DNA of 59,871 nucleotides from Puniceicoccales bacterium (GCA_031258695.1 JAIRMM010000012.1:1-59871), one strand, 5' to 3'. Positions 20,014-30,181 are shown, counted from the first letter of the stretch. Numbers and translations are program-made. Notes: a model not told the origin generated them from the letters alone.

Positions 20014-20709
20014 TTACATCACACAAATTAGGACCATATAAGTTAAACCACATAAGATTAAAGATTTTAGGAATGCAGAAAAACTGCCCGCCGGAGGCTC
20101 CCCAACTGCTTTTGGCCTTGCCCTTACAAATCCTCCCTCTTTGGCAATAGCTACGATCTCTTGTTCAACCTTTTTATTTTTTTCACCTAAAAGATAATCT
20201 ACGAATGCATTTGCTTCCTTACAAACCTGCCATTCTGAATCTTTACGATATTTTTTTTCATAATAAAACATACGTTCCTCTGTGACCCTTTTTTTTAGCC
20301 TATTAAGCGAAGACTCAGAAAGTTGATTCAAATCAGGAATTCGCTTCAAAAAATCATAATTAATCTTTTGCTGGCAAACTTTATGAATCATTTCAAATCC
20401 TTCTACGGTAGGGCCATGACTTTTAACTATTTCACGCAAATCCAAAAATCTAACAGGCACTTGGGGCTGCGTTTCGCGGCTACAGCTAAACTGCCTCTCC
20501 CCAAGCTGGGCATTGGCCGGCCCATGTCGCAACGACCGCATCACCCGACTCTTGGCTTCTTCATTAATATTAATGGTAGAAGCCTCAAGATGTACCAACC
20601 CGCCTATGCCTTCATCGACATAGGCATACCACCTAACCACATTGGAACCACACACACTCATCTGATATTCCTCAAATTTTGCTTTTCGAATCCAAAACAA
20701 ATTCTCCAC
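20014..20709 (-). CDS. Hypothetical protein with a C-terminal hydrophobic tail anchor
   Basis: 231-aa ORF co-oriented with its flanking genes. The only feature is the C-terminal FSAFLKSLILCGLTYMVLICVM. No family recognised. Confidence 0.5.
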   Translation of the reverse strand: MENLFWIRKAKFEEYQMSVCGSNVVRWYAYVDEGIGGLVHLEASTININEEAKSRVMRSLRHGPANAQLGERQFSCSRETQPQVPVRFLDLREIVKSHGPTVEGFEMIHKVCQQKINYDFLKRIPDLNQLSESSLNRLKKRVTEERMFYYEKKYRKDSEWQVCKEANAFVDYLLGEKNKKVEQEIVAIAKEGGFVRARPKAVGEPPAGSFSAFLKSLILCGLTYMVLICVM

Positions 20710-20790
20710 CTTCTTTCGAAGGCCAAACTTCTTCTGAAACGGACTTTACTTTTTCAATGTTGAAACTAAAAACCCATGGCCCTTACCAAA

Positions 20791-21606
20791 TCACACGGAA
20801 TCCCCTGTCCGATACCTCAACGCCTCCATCCTTATTCTTTCAGCTTCATCCTCCTTCTTTTGTATTACTTTTCGATACTCTAGGTAGCTACTTACACACC
20901 CCTCTATTGCACGCCTTAGGATATCTGGGTCTAGAGCTACCCTTACGTCAAACCAATCAGCATTATACACACGTTTCTCCTCCTCTTGTCCTTCATCGTT
21001 CAATACTCTTGCAGTCTCTGTGACCCAAGTAAGAGTATCTATGTCATATATACTAAAGAGTGAGTCCTTTGCTCCTCTTGCAAAAACTCGTACCTCATCC
21101 GTATATTCTATCATTTTTTCCTTTTCCAGAATTTCAATTGGGAAAAATCGTACTTCTGGATGATTATTGCATCCCGATATTCCATACCCACACGAAACAC
21201 ATCGAGCACTTAAAATGGATTTTGCTAACAGACTCGCCAATATTATTTCCATTGCGACGGACTCAGAATATTCTCTCCCTTCGCTTTCTATCTTTTCCTT
21301 TGCGGCCTCCCCCTCTCGGGCGATAATATCTCTTGCCCCAGAATACAGATTTTCCATGAAAACTAAATATCTGCCGTTTCTAACGCCCAAACCTTCTCGA
21401 GGGGAACCGCCCATCTCGGTAATAGCAGCTTCTCTTCGCTGTAGTTCCTGCTCGTCTATTCCCAGTGTCCTCTCTATAAAAGGCACCTGATGTGGACTAA
21501 TTTGACGGTCCGAAGACAATTCCCTATCTTCCACATCCTGATGAGAAAAAGCTGGATCTGCATACGGATAACGAAGCGAAACCCTTTCAGGATCTAATTC
21601 TGACAT
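20791..21606 (-). CDS. Hypothetical protein (orphan, acidic)
   Basis: 271-aa ORF with no signal peptide or recognisable motif. Lies directly downstream of ftsW. Confidence 0.5.
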   Translation of the reverse strand: MSELDPERVSLRYPYADPAFSHQDVEDRELSSDRQISPHQVPFIERTLGIDEQELQRREAAITEMGGSPREGLGVRNGRYLVFMENLYSGARDIIAREGEAAKEKIESEGREYSESVAMEIILASLLAKSILSARCVSCGYGISGCNNHPEVRFFPIEILEKEKMIEYTDEVRVFARGAKDSLFSIYDIDTLTWVTETARVLNDEGQEEEKRVYNADWFDVRVALDPDILRRAIEGCVSSYLEYRKVIQKKEDEAERIRMEALRYRTGDSV

Positions 21607-21672
21607 ATTTTCTATCTAATTAAATGTTGGTAAAAACTTTCCACCAAGATAAATCTTGATGTTGCGCAAGGG

Positions 21673-21701
21673 ATTATACGAAATTTATAGCAATGCAAGA
21701 A
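21673..21701 (-). promoter_or_regulatory. Possible sigma70-type promoter for the orphan genes downstream of ftsW
   Basis: On the minus strand there is a perfect TATAAT (21678..21673) about 65 nt upstream of the ATG at 21606. The -35 is poor (TTCTTG at 17-nt spacing, or TTGCAT at 14 nt). Confidence 0.3.
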
Positions 21702-21761
21702 AAATTTTCATTTTGGAATTATTTTTTTTGAAAATCTTTCATGTCGCAGATATAATCGACA

Positions 21762-22955
21762 CTAGCGCGGGAAAGGGTTGCTGCATTGACCCTTGGTCGA
21801 CTTTCGCAGTTGCTCATCATTGGAATTGCGATAGTCCCATTCCCTTTGCCCTTCACTGAAACAGTTCAACAAAAGTCCAATCATGAAGGAGAGCAATACC
21901 AGGTTAGACCCTCCGTAGCTTATGAAAGGAAGCCCCATACCCTTTGTTGGAAGTAAACCGGTAACAACGCCAACGTTGATTAGCACCTGGTAAATTATGG
22001 TCAGGGCTATGCCATAGGATAGAAATTTGGCGAAACCACCATGAAGTTTTTTCGCAGAATGTGCGATGGTTAAAAAAAGTGTTAAATATATCGCCAATAC
22101 CAAAATGGCAGCTAGGCTGCCCAGCTCCTCACTGAATATTGGGAAAATAAAATCCGTATGGGCTTCCGGCAAGTAAACCAGTTGCTGGCGACCTTGCCCC
22201 AGTCCCCTTCCATACAATCCACCGGAAGCAAAACCAAGCATCCCCTGCCAGAGTTGGTATGCTCCCGCCAATTTGTTGTTTTCAACGTCGAGAAACGCAA
22301 CTATTCGACCCATTCGGGTGGGATTCAGATATATTAAAATTGAGATGGCCAACAATCCACCGGATATGGCGAACCATATGTACAATAGCCGGGCTCCTGC
22401 CAAAAACAATAGCGTTATCGTCACCGCCCCAATCAACATCGCCGTGCCATAGTCGGGTTCTAGGAATATCAAACCGCATATGCTAGCGACCACCAGCAAA
22501 GGGATCAAAAAACCAATCCTAAAACTCGATCGATTACTTTCGCTATTGTTTAAATATTGTGCCAACCAGAGTACTATGGCAACCTTGGCAAACTCTGAAA
22601 CTTGAATATTAAAACCTCCCACGGCTATCCATCGCCTCGACCCATTGACCATTTTCCCAATGCCTGGAATTAATACGATAACCAGAGCCATGGCAAAAAG
22701 TATTAAAATCCACGAACAACGTTTTTTCAAAAATTTTAAATCAACGAAGCATCCCATAAAAAAAAGTGGAACACCGAGGGCACACCACAGCAACTGTTTA
22801 TGGAAATGATTTTCCGATTTGATAAATGACAAACTGGCACTCGATAAAACAATGAGACCAAGCCCAGTTAGTAGTCCGGTACACGATAAAATAAACCAGC
22901 CAGCTTTACGCTGGCTGAAGTAATTATAATATGCTTCTAATTTTTCTAAAATCAT
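21762..22955 (-). CDS. ftsW: SEDS-family peptidoglycan glycosyltransferase FtsW
   Basis: Roughly 10-TM protein with SEDS motifs (NGSRRWI, LEPDYGTA, LPEAHTDFIF, GLLPTKGMGLPFISYGGS). The dcw-cluster context favours FtsW over RodA. Confidence 0.85.
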   Translation of the reverse strand: MILEKLEAYYNYFSQRKAGWFILSCTGLLTGLGLIVLSSASLSFIKSENHFHKQLLWCALGVPLFFMGCFVDLKFLKKRCSWILILFAMALVIVLIPGIGKMVNGSRRWIAVGGFNIQVSEFAKVAIVLWLAQYLNNSESNRSSFRIGFLIPLLVVASICGLIFLEPDYGTAMLIGAVTITLLFLAGARLLYIWFAISGGLLAISILIYLNPTRMGRIVAFLDVENNKLAGAYQLWQGMLGFASGGLYGRGLGQGRQQLVYLPEAHTDFIFPIFSEELGSLAAILVLAIYLTLFLTIAHSAKKLHGGFAKFLSYGIALTIIYQVLINVGVVTGLLPTKGMGLPFISYGGSNLVLLSFMIGLLLNCFSEGQREWDYRNSNDEQLRKSTKGQCSNPFPR

Positions 22956-22963
22956 AGAAAAGA

Positions 22964-24088
22964 CTAATCCTTGATCTCGACGACAGGAATCTCTTCAAAG
23001 TTTTCAAAAAAATCTTCACCCTTTGCATCGGAAGTATTGGAAACGGGAGACCTAGGCTCAGCCACTGCTTTTTTCTGGGGAATTAGAAGCTTCCTACCTT
23101 CCTGTAGGGAGGAATTATTCTCGAGGTTATTTAATTTTACCAAATCCGCCTTTTCCACCTCCAAATCACGGGCAATTTTATCGATGGTATCACCACTTTT
23201 TATAACATACAAATTACCCGATGAGGTTTTAGACGTTTTCTGCGGTGGAAGAACTAGGGCGTTATTTTTTCTCTCCCTTAGTCCATTCGCTTCATCCGAA
23301 GCAACGGCTGCTTTGCCGGGAATGATTAATTTTTGCCCAGCGCGCAATTTGTTCGGATTGTCTATGCCATTGGCTTCCTGTAAGGCGGCTTGCTTTACGC
23401 CGAAATGTTTCGCAATTAAAGTCAAATTATCTCCCGGTTTTACGGTATACCTGCCATCACTATCCAACACCCTTTGGAATTTTGCTGAACTATTGGCATT
23501 AAAATCCCTAGCCGTGGATTCCGGAATGGTTAGCTTCTGCCCTATCATCAATTTATCGGAAGATAAATCATTCACTGCTTTTAACGATTTTACCGTGACG
23601 CCATACATATGCGCTATCTTGGATAAAGAATCTCCCGCCTGGACGGTGTAAACGGCCGTTTTCGCCGGTGTAACCGGCGATGGCCTTCCGAAAGCTTTAC
23701 CACTCTCAATTTTCAATCGCTGACCCACCTTCAGTTTGCTATCCTTGTCCAAACCATTGATAGCCATAAGCGTCGCCGGGGACATTTTTACCTGCCTGGC
23801 AATCCCATAGATTGTGTCTCCTTTTTGAACGACATAAATTTCATAGACCGGGTCAAATGTGTCGATGTCCCTAAAGAAACGGCCATCCATCCCCATTTCT
23901 TCAAATGATTGCTTTGGTTGTGTGGGCTTTTTCCTTGCACTTGCTCCATCGATGGCTACCTCGGATGCGATAGAATAGGCAACATTGTTGTGTTTTTTCC
24001 TATTGGCACCATCGAAGCTGGAACACCCGGTTACCAGCAACGCGAATGGCGTAAAAATATATACAATTAACACATTTTGCAATTTCAT
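22964..24088 (-). CDS. Lipoprotein with four LysM peptidoglycan-binding repeats (in the NlpD position, no M23 domain seen)
   Basis: Lipobox LLVTGC. Four LysM units: YVVQKGDTIYGIARQ, YTVQAGDSLSKIAHMY, YTVKPGDNLTLIAKHF and YVIKSGDTIDKIARDL, each ending in GQ(R/K)L.IP. Confidence 0.85.
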   Translation of the reverse strand: MKLQNVLIVYIFTPFALLVTGCSSFDGANRKKHNNVAYSIASEVAIDGASARKKPTQPKQSFEEMGMDGRFFRDIDTFDPVYEIYVVQKGDTIYGIARQVKMSPATLMAINGLDKDSKLKVGQRLKIESGKAFGRPSPVTPAKTAVYTVQAGDSLSKIAHMYGVTVKSLKAVNDLSSDKLMIGQKLTIPESTARDFNANSSAKFQRVLDSDGRYTVKPGDNLTLIAKHFGVKQAALQEANGIDNPNKLRAGQKLIIPGKAAVASDEANGLRERKNNALVLPPQKTSKTSSGNLYVIKSGDTIDKIARDLEVEKADLVKLNNLENNSSLQEGRKLLIPQKKAVAEPRSPVSNTSDAKGEDFFENFEEIPVVEIKD

Positions 24089-24115
24089 ATTATAAGATCT
24101 CCCCGTGCATAGTTG

Positions 24116-25459
24116 TCATTTATTTTGTAAATTCAAACATAAAACTCCATTTTCAAAAAATTTTCCCCTCTCCGCGTAGTCCTTAAACCAATCGAGGCTC
24201 GAAAATCCTGGACTTAGCAGCACCACATCTCCATCTTCAGCTATGGTGAAGGCATGCTTTACAATGTCGGCCATTAGTTTTTCCAAATCTCCATGGTTTG
24301 GAAAAAACCTATGGGCCTCCAATTTTTTGACCAAACTCGCATCCGGGTCCCGATATAAAATTTCACCCGTTTCCCCCATCAACAATAGGGCTTTAATCCG
24401 TCCCGCCACGATCTTCTGAAATTTTTCAAGGGGCTCATCCTTTGATTTTCCACCGGCTATCAGGATAACTTTTTTATGGAACGATGCCAATGCAGCATCC
24501 AATGCGTGAAAGTTGGTCGCCTTTGAATCGTTCCAAAATTCCACCTCCTTTTCTTTCCCCGTTTGCATGTCACGCCGTTTGATTTTGGCAACTTTTTGGA
24601 GGCGATGGGGAGGAATTTTAAATGTCAGGGCGGCCTCTCCTAGGCACCCAATGGGAAAACCATTGCAGGTCCAAAACTCTTGGACCAGGGCAAAATTCTC
24701 TTGCTGCGTTCCAATATTCAGCACTGACTCCGGAGGCAGCAGATCAAACTTCGAACAAATGGTATATTTTCCCAAAACGTCTGCAACCCGTAAATTTTCA
24801 CAAAAATCATGGACGCTTTGGCCGACAAAGCAGTGTTTTTGAGGACCATTGGGCGTCTTGGCATTTCTAAGCAAGTTTGCTTTACAATTAAAGTATTCCC
24901 CTATCCCCCCATGAATATCCAGATGATCATCGGCAAAATTTGTCCACAGGACATAGTCCGGACTGAATAATGTTCCTCCATCCATTTGAAACGAACTCAC
25001 CTCTACGACAGCCCAGGCGCCATGTTCATTGATGGCAGAATCTACCATTTCTATGAACGGTCGTCCTATGTTTCCACATGTGACTACTCTTTGGCCATGG
25101 ATTTGCAGGGCATGGGCAACAAATTCCGTGGTCGTTGTTTTCCCATTTGTTCCCGTAATTGCCACAATTTTTCCATGCCAAAAGCATGATGCTAGATCCA
25201 GTTCACCCAGGCAACAACATCCCGCAGCCATTGCCAATTTTGTCCACCCATGGGAAAGCACAAAACTGGGGCTTCTAACAATTAGATGGCACTTCTTCGC
25301 TTCCTCCTTTGAAAATTGTTCTTTCCGGGATCCCGATTCGTCAAAAACTTTGTATGGAATTCTCCGCTTTTCACAAAATCGTACCACGGCTTTCCCGGTC
25401 ACTCCGTACCCTAGAATGCCGATCGTTCCCGGAGAATTAATGATATCCAGCATATCCAT
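24116..25459 (-). CDS. murD: UDP-N-acetylmuramoylalanine--D-glutamate ligase
   Basis: ILGYGVTGKA Rossmann N-terminus and the Mur ligase P-loop GTNGKTTTTEF. Overlaps the mraY stop by 23 nt. Confidence 0.9.
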   Translation of the reverse strand: MDMLDIINSPGTIGILGYGVTGKAVVRFCEKRRIPYKVFDESGSRKEQFSKEEAKKCHLIVRSPSFVLSHGWTKLAMAAGCCCLGELDLASCFWHGKIVAITGTNGKTTTTEFVAHALQIHGQRVVTCGNIGRPFIEMVDSAINEHGAWAVVEVSSFQMDGGTLFSPDYVLWTNFADDHLDIHGGIGEYFNCKANLLRNAKTPNGPQKHCFVGQSVHDFCENLRVADVLGKYTICSKFDLLPPESVLNIGTQQENFALVQEFWTCNGFPIGCLGEAALTFKIPPHRLQKVAKIKRRDMQTGKEKEVEFWNDSKATNFHALDAALASFHKKVILIAGGKSKDEPLEKFQKIVAGRIKALLLMGETGEILYRDPDASLVKKLEAHRFFPNHGDLEKLMADIVKHAFTIAEDGDVVLLSPGFSSLDWFKDYAERGKFFENGVLCLNLQNK

Positions 25460-26558
25460 AAAATACGATAAATAGTGTTATTAATATGCAGATAACCTGG
25501 AGACAAAACGCAGCCTTAACAATTTCACTTTCTAGAAATCCTTTTAATTCGAAGTGATGATGTAGCGGGGCCATCAGGAACACTTTTCTCCTAAAAACTT
25601 TTTTCGAGGTTACCTGTAGAATGACGGAGAGTGCTTCGATTACAAAAATTATCCCCACGGCCGGTAAAATAAACGGTAGCCGTAGCAAACAAGCGACTAT
25701 GGCCAATAGGCCTCCAAGGCCGATGGAACCTATGTCTCCCATAAAAATAGAAGCCGGATGTATGTTAAAAATACCAAAACCAAAACATCCTCCCGCAAAA
25801 CATGTGCATAAAACTGCCAATTCCGTAGAACCGGCAATATATGATAGCATGGTTTCCCTGCTAACATTTACGTTATTCGAATAGAATGCACATACGGCAA
25901 GGGACACAAAGCACAGAGCTATGTTTACAATGGCCAACCCATCAATGCCATCGGTTAAATTTACCGCATTACTCGTCCCGGCGATAACGCAAAAATAAAA
26001 AACAACGATTACCGCCATAGCCATTTGCGGATCAAAGTAGCCATGAAACCATTTCCAATGCACGTGCGTCAAAAGATGGTCAATGGACGGATTTTGTGAC
26101 GCTATGTAGAAAATAAAACCGGTTATTAGCGCCTGCACGCATAGTTTTTGCCTAGACGTTACCCCCTTCGAATTTCCCTTTATGATTTTTAAAATATCAT
26201 CGGCTGCCCCCAACAGGGAACAAAGGAAGTAAACCAACAGGGATATGATGAGCAAATCGTTAAAAGACGCCCAAATAGCAGTCGCAACGAACGAAGCCAG
26301 GGCAATTATGATGCCCCCCATGGTGGGAACCCCCCTTTTATGGTCATGTAAAATCGCCAAGCTCTTCACCTGCTGTTTGGTCCGAAAAACTTGACGCACC
26401 TGGTGTTTTAAAAGCGTCCTTATTATGGGCTTGCCTATCATCAATGCCATGACAAAAGCCGTGACGAAACCCCACATGCATCTTTCATAGAGGCTATATT
26501 GCTTCTCAAACAGTAACGAAACAATTGGATCGAAAGGCCTTATGTCCAACTCTAGCAT
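25437..26558 (-). CDS. mraY: Phospho-N-acetylmuramoyl-pentapeptide transferase
   Basis: KRGVPTMGG, NAVNLTDGIDGLA, FMGDIGSIGLGG and APLHHHFELKG are canonical MraY motifs. Confidence 0.95.
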   Translation of the reverse strand: MLELDIRPFDPIVSLLFEKQYSLYERCMWGFVTAFVMALMIGKPIIRTLLKHQVRQVFRTKQQVKSLAILHDHKRGVPTMGGIIIALASFVATAIWASFNDLLIISLLVYFLCSLLGAADDILKIIKGNSKGVTSRQKLCVQALITGFIFYIASQNPSIDHLLTHVHWKWFHGYFDPQMAMAVIVVFYFCVIAGTSNAVNLTDGIDGLAIVNIALCFVSLAVCAFYSNNVNVSRETMLSYIAGSTELAVLCTCFAGGCFGFGIFNIHPASIFMGDIGSIGLGGLLAIVACLLRLPFILPAVGIIFVIEALSVILQVTSKKVFRRKVFLMAPLHHHFELKGFLESEIVKAAFCLQVICILITLFIVFYGYAGYH

Positions 26559-26737
26559 ATTTTTCTCTTTTATCCAAAAAAATCTGGCCGGATTCCTATT
26601 AAAAAACCAACCCCTTCACAAGGTTTTTTTGAAACCAGTCACAAAATAAAAAATTGAACAAATTTCTTTTGACAAAAGGCATCAATATTTTACACTTATA
26701 TTCCGTTTTAACAAATATTTACACCAAAGGATAGCGT

Positions 26738-28294
26738 ATGAACCCAACAGGTGAAGCAATACTTGACCATAGTCAAATTTTTCCTCAAGGCGATCCAAGC
26801 AATCCCATATCTTCGATTAGGCTAGCGGCAAAAAATTCAAGGATGTCCATAGTAAATCTACTTAGGAAGATAGAAAACAACGCAAAGATAGCTCTTGGAT
26901 TTCTCGGCGTAGATGCTCGATTTTTCTCAAAATTTATTCACAATTTAAGGGGGGCTGTAAGGCCCGCCTGTATCGCAGCTGTATCCTGTTTTGTGGCACT
27001 TCATCTTTTCCCTTCGCTCGGAATAAGTGCCATTGTTGGCATAGTTTTCTTTGTACACCTGGCCGTATCACGGGCCAGGCTAGAAATGATGAAAGAGGAT
27101 TTGGAAGCGGCTAAACAAGCTGGGACAGAAATAGAATCTGGCACCAGGCAAATGGTAGAACAAAATGCTGAATTGCGTAGGCTAAACCTAGAACAAAAGA
27201 CAACGATAGACGCACAAGGAACGACGATAGCAGAAGCACAACGAAATTTGGAAGAAATGCAAAACAACCTTTCGGCAGCCCAGGAAAATCTCGTCCAGGA
27301 ACAACGGATCAAAGAGGAGCAAGACCAATTAATTGCACAACAACAGGTGCAACTCCAAATGCAACAAACTTATATTAACCAATGTCAAAGCTGCCTTGCT
27401 TCGGTTTTTACATCTCAGCAAGAGCTGATACAAGGTTTACAACAAAGGCTAGAATCGCAGACGGCTACGGTCCGGGAAATTTTACAAAATGTGCAGAACA
27501 TTGCGAATGGAGAACAAAAATTGACCGAGGCATTGAATTGGGCTCAAGGGCGAATAGCAGAAGCCCAAGCCAAATTAACGGCGGTGATTGATATAAGTGC
27601 GGATATAACGGATCCTGAAAAATGTAGACAGCTCATTGAAAATGGTCAATTTGCACAAAAGGCACAGGCAATGCAACAGGCCGCCCAAAACGCATATAAT
27701 AAAATGAATGAGCTAAATGCTGGACTTACCACAAGAATTATAGAAGCCCAACGAGCAATAGCAGTCAGCAGGAAACGGGCAGAAGACCAACTTGGGGTAT
27801 TAATGTCGCAACAGCGAGAAACAAGTCATAAGTTGGAGCAAGCCAATGGCCAAATTAAACAAAAGGAACAAGAAATTGCTCGCCTCAAGGAAAAACAGCA
27901 AACGGAATCAAAGCACAACGCAGGGCGAATACAAGCCTTGGAAGCTGAAATTACTCGTGAAAAACAATCCCTGGAGACACTAACCCTAGAAAAAGGCACA
28001 CTGGAACAGAATTTGGAGAAAACTGAGGTTCAACTCGGAACATTACAGGGAGATCTTCATTCGTTGGCATTAACCAATGAAACACTGCGAATACAATGCC
28101 AGATGCAAGAACAAACCATGGAGGAACAGCGGGAAACGATTGAGAGTCAAAGACAGTCATTGGCAGCACTCAATGACAACCTCCATAGCCTTCAAGGACA
28201 ACTACGACAAGGTCCGGGGATTTGGCGAACTTTTGTTACAGCTGCCGGCCTAGCTGTTGGTGCAGTGGCAACCAAGGCAATTCTCCCCGGGTAA
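26738..28294 (+). CDS. Inc-like membrane protein: bilobed hydrophobic hairpin, long Q-rich coiled coil, C-terminal TM
   Basis: PACIAAVSCFVALHLF-PSLG-ISAIVGIVFFVHLAV forms two TMs separated by a 4-residue turn. About 380 aa of heptad-like E/Q/L-rich sequence follow, ending in WRTFVTAAGLAVGAVATKAIL. aagga lies upstream of the ATG. Confidence 0.65.
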   Translation: MNPTGEAILDHSQIFPQGDPSNPISSIRLAAKNSRMSIVNLLRKIENNAKIALGFLGVDARFFSKFIHNLRGAVRPACIAAVSCFVALHLFPSLGISAIVGIVFFVHLAVSRARLEMMKEDLEAAKQAGTEIESGTRQMVEQNAELRRLNLEQKTTIDAQGTTIAEAQRNLEEMQNNLSAAQENLVQEQRIKEEQDQLIAQQQVQLQMQQTYINQCQSCLASVFTSQQELIQGLQQRLESQTATVREILQNVQNIANGEQKLTEALNWAQGRIAEAQAKLTAVIDISADITDPEKCRQLIENGQFAQKAQAMQQAAQNAYNKMNELNAGLTTRIIEAQRAIAVSRKRAEDQLGVLMSQQRETSHKLEQANGQIKQKEQEIARLKEKQQTESKHNAGRIQALEAEITREKQSLETLTLEKGTLEQNLEKTEVQLGTLQGDLHSLALTNETLRIQCQMQEQTMEEQRETIESQRQSLAALNDNLHSLQGQLRQGPGIWRTFVTAAGLAVGAVATKAILPG

Positions 28295-28386
28295 TTCCAT
28301 GGCATCAAGAATTACTCCCTAGCACACGGGAAGCAACTCTAAGTCTGACTCTATTCCTAGGCTTTCTGGTTTTCCAGCAGCAAGAC

Positions 28387-28857
28387 TTATTTCATTCGCA
28401 ATGCTGATTTCTTTATTTCTTCGAGGCATCCGTCAAACACAAGCCTCGTGAGTCGTATGATCTGCGGGACTTCTTGCCAGTGATTGTAGTCATCATATGC
28501 AAACACTGCCCTTTGTTCTTTTAAACCATCTTCATAAAACTTGCAGAAAGTCAACCTTTCGACTTGGGAGGAATGTCCATCGACCAATTTGTTTTGCAAA
28601 TTTTTTGCAAACAACGGATCAAATAATTGCTCCTGCATTGCTTCATTGAATTTCCAGAAATATTCTTCATCGGTTTGGCCGATCAGCATATGGGGTTTGT
28701 GATCCACAAAGTCATAGTAGGTATAGGTATACGCTCCCATATTGGAAATATCAATTTCGCATATCAGCTCTACATTTCCCTTGGATAACCCTTCCTTTGC
28801 GTTATCTACCAATTGCACAGATTCATACCTATAGCTAATTCTTACTGGATTACTCAT
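28387..28857 (-). CDS. Hypothetical 156-aa protein, last gene of the tandem 384-aa paralog cluster
   Basis: ATG preceded by gaggaag. Sits 46 nt downstream of the paralog at 28904. No motif recognised. Confidence 0.55.
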   Translation of the reverse strand: MSNPVRISYRYESVQLVDNAKEGLSKGNVELICEIDISNMGAYTYTYYDFVDHKPHMLIGQTDEEYFWKFNEAMQEQLFDPLFAKNLQNKLVDGHSSQVERLTFCKFYEDGLKEQRAVFAYDDYNHWQEVPQIIRLTRLVFDGCLEEIKKSALRMK

Positions 28858-28903
28858 TGTATCTTCCTCTAAAAATCAAAAAAATAGAACCATTGGCAAG
28901 CCA

Positions 28904-30058
28904 TTAAGTGGATTCTGCCATTAATGCTCTAAATCTGCTACGAAATTCTTGCTCGTCGGGATCTGACTCGTCCGTCGAAAAATCCACAAAACTTTGAATT
29001 TTTTCCTCGGACCCGACAATTCTAAATTTATGTCCTGCTTCTAGCAAGTATGCAAGTTCGAAATAGCTCATCGCTCCACGTTGATTTGAATTGCTCACTT
29101 TTCCGTCTTTCAATGCTTTGATAGCACGTTCGACGTGTAGGTCAATGGTTGGTCTGTCAATTGGAGTACTGGCAATTGGACTGCTCGGCTCATTGCTTGC
29201 CCCGTAGACCTGACAAAATATATGATGGGCATAAATCATTCTAAGATCCTTAGAATCATTTATCTTTGACAAAATGTCATCTTCTATAATCACGGACAGT
29301 ATAGGTTTATAATCAAGCTCAGGCATGGTATCGATTTGTCTCAAAATTTCCTTCCAAATGCGATATGATGCGTATGCTCCCTGTGCGGTAAATGTGTGAC
29401 CCTTCTCGCCTTCGGGAAGTATGAATGTTATGTCTCCTCCCTGGGAAGACACATATTGAGCGCGCTCCGGGAAAACGCTTCCCCACGTTGAGGATCCGGA
29501 GGATGGAACCGACCATAGCTCAAATCCAATTCCAAGTATGCGCTTACCGTCTGGAGTTTTAGGATCTGAAACATCTTCGGCATATCCTAACGCGATACTT
29601 CCTTGGGCATCAATGTAATTTAAAAGTGCAATTAAGGCGTTACGCCGTGGGCTACTAACACTTATTTGATCTATAATATCACCAATTTTTTTACTCAAGG
29701 CCGGCAAATCCTCATCGGGTAATTCACCATCTAACAATCGCCTGACTCGATCCTCTGTGTCTGGATCAAACTTAACCTGCCTCCTTACGAAATCATCCAA
29801 AGAGACACTTCTTCCTAAGCCCTGGACTAGAGGCTGTGCCTCTGGTACCAGATCCAATTGATTCGATTTTCGGGAAAGTAGCTCCTGCCTTATGAGCGAC
29901 TGACGAAGATCAGTGTCAGCATATGCGATTTGCCAAAACCTATCCGAAAACTTTGCCTCCATAGAAGCCCTTAGAGCCGCCGCTCCTGCATGACTTTTGT
30001 CAAGAAATGTTATTTCTCCCATGCCTATGAACATGTGGTAAAATTTTTCGTTTGTCAA
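28904..30058 (-). CDS. Orphan 384-aa protein, tandem paralog 1
   Basis: Collinear with 30182..31336: shared blocks LPxLSKKIGDI, RRNALIALxNYIDAQGSIALGY, YVSSQGGxITFILPE, YRIWKEILRQID and an identical C-terminus FRIVGSEExIQSFVDFSTDE...SRFRALMAEST. The ORF-track start is TTG with no clear RBS, so the start is uncertain (the ATG at M13 is possible). Confidence 0.6.
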   Translation of the reverse strand: MTNEKFYHMFIGMGEITFLDKSHAGAAALRASMEAKFSDRFWQIAYADTDLRQSLIRQELLSRKSNQLDLVPEAQPLVQGLGRSVSLDDFVRRQVKFDPDTEDRVRRLLDGELPDEDLPALSKKIGDIIDQISVSSPRRNALIALLNYIDAQGSIALGYAEDVSDPKTPDGKRILGIGFELWSVPSSGSSTWGSVFPERAQYVSSQGGDITFILPEGEKGHTFTAQGAYASYRIWKEILRQIDTMPELDYKPILSVIIEDDILSKINDSKDLRMIYAHHIFCQVYGASNEPSSPIASTPIDRPTIDLHVERAIKALKDGKVSNSNQRGAMSYFELAYLLEAGHKFRIVGSEEKIQSFVDFSTDESDPDEQEFRSRFRALMAEST

Positions 30059-30181
30059 GGGACAAAAGTAAAATTACTTATATAATTACAAATATAGAAA
30101 TAGAAAATGCAAACATTATCACCAATTAAAGAAAGTAACTACCCATGGAAATGTCAGCATGACGTTTGTTTATGATTGCCA

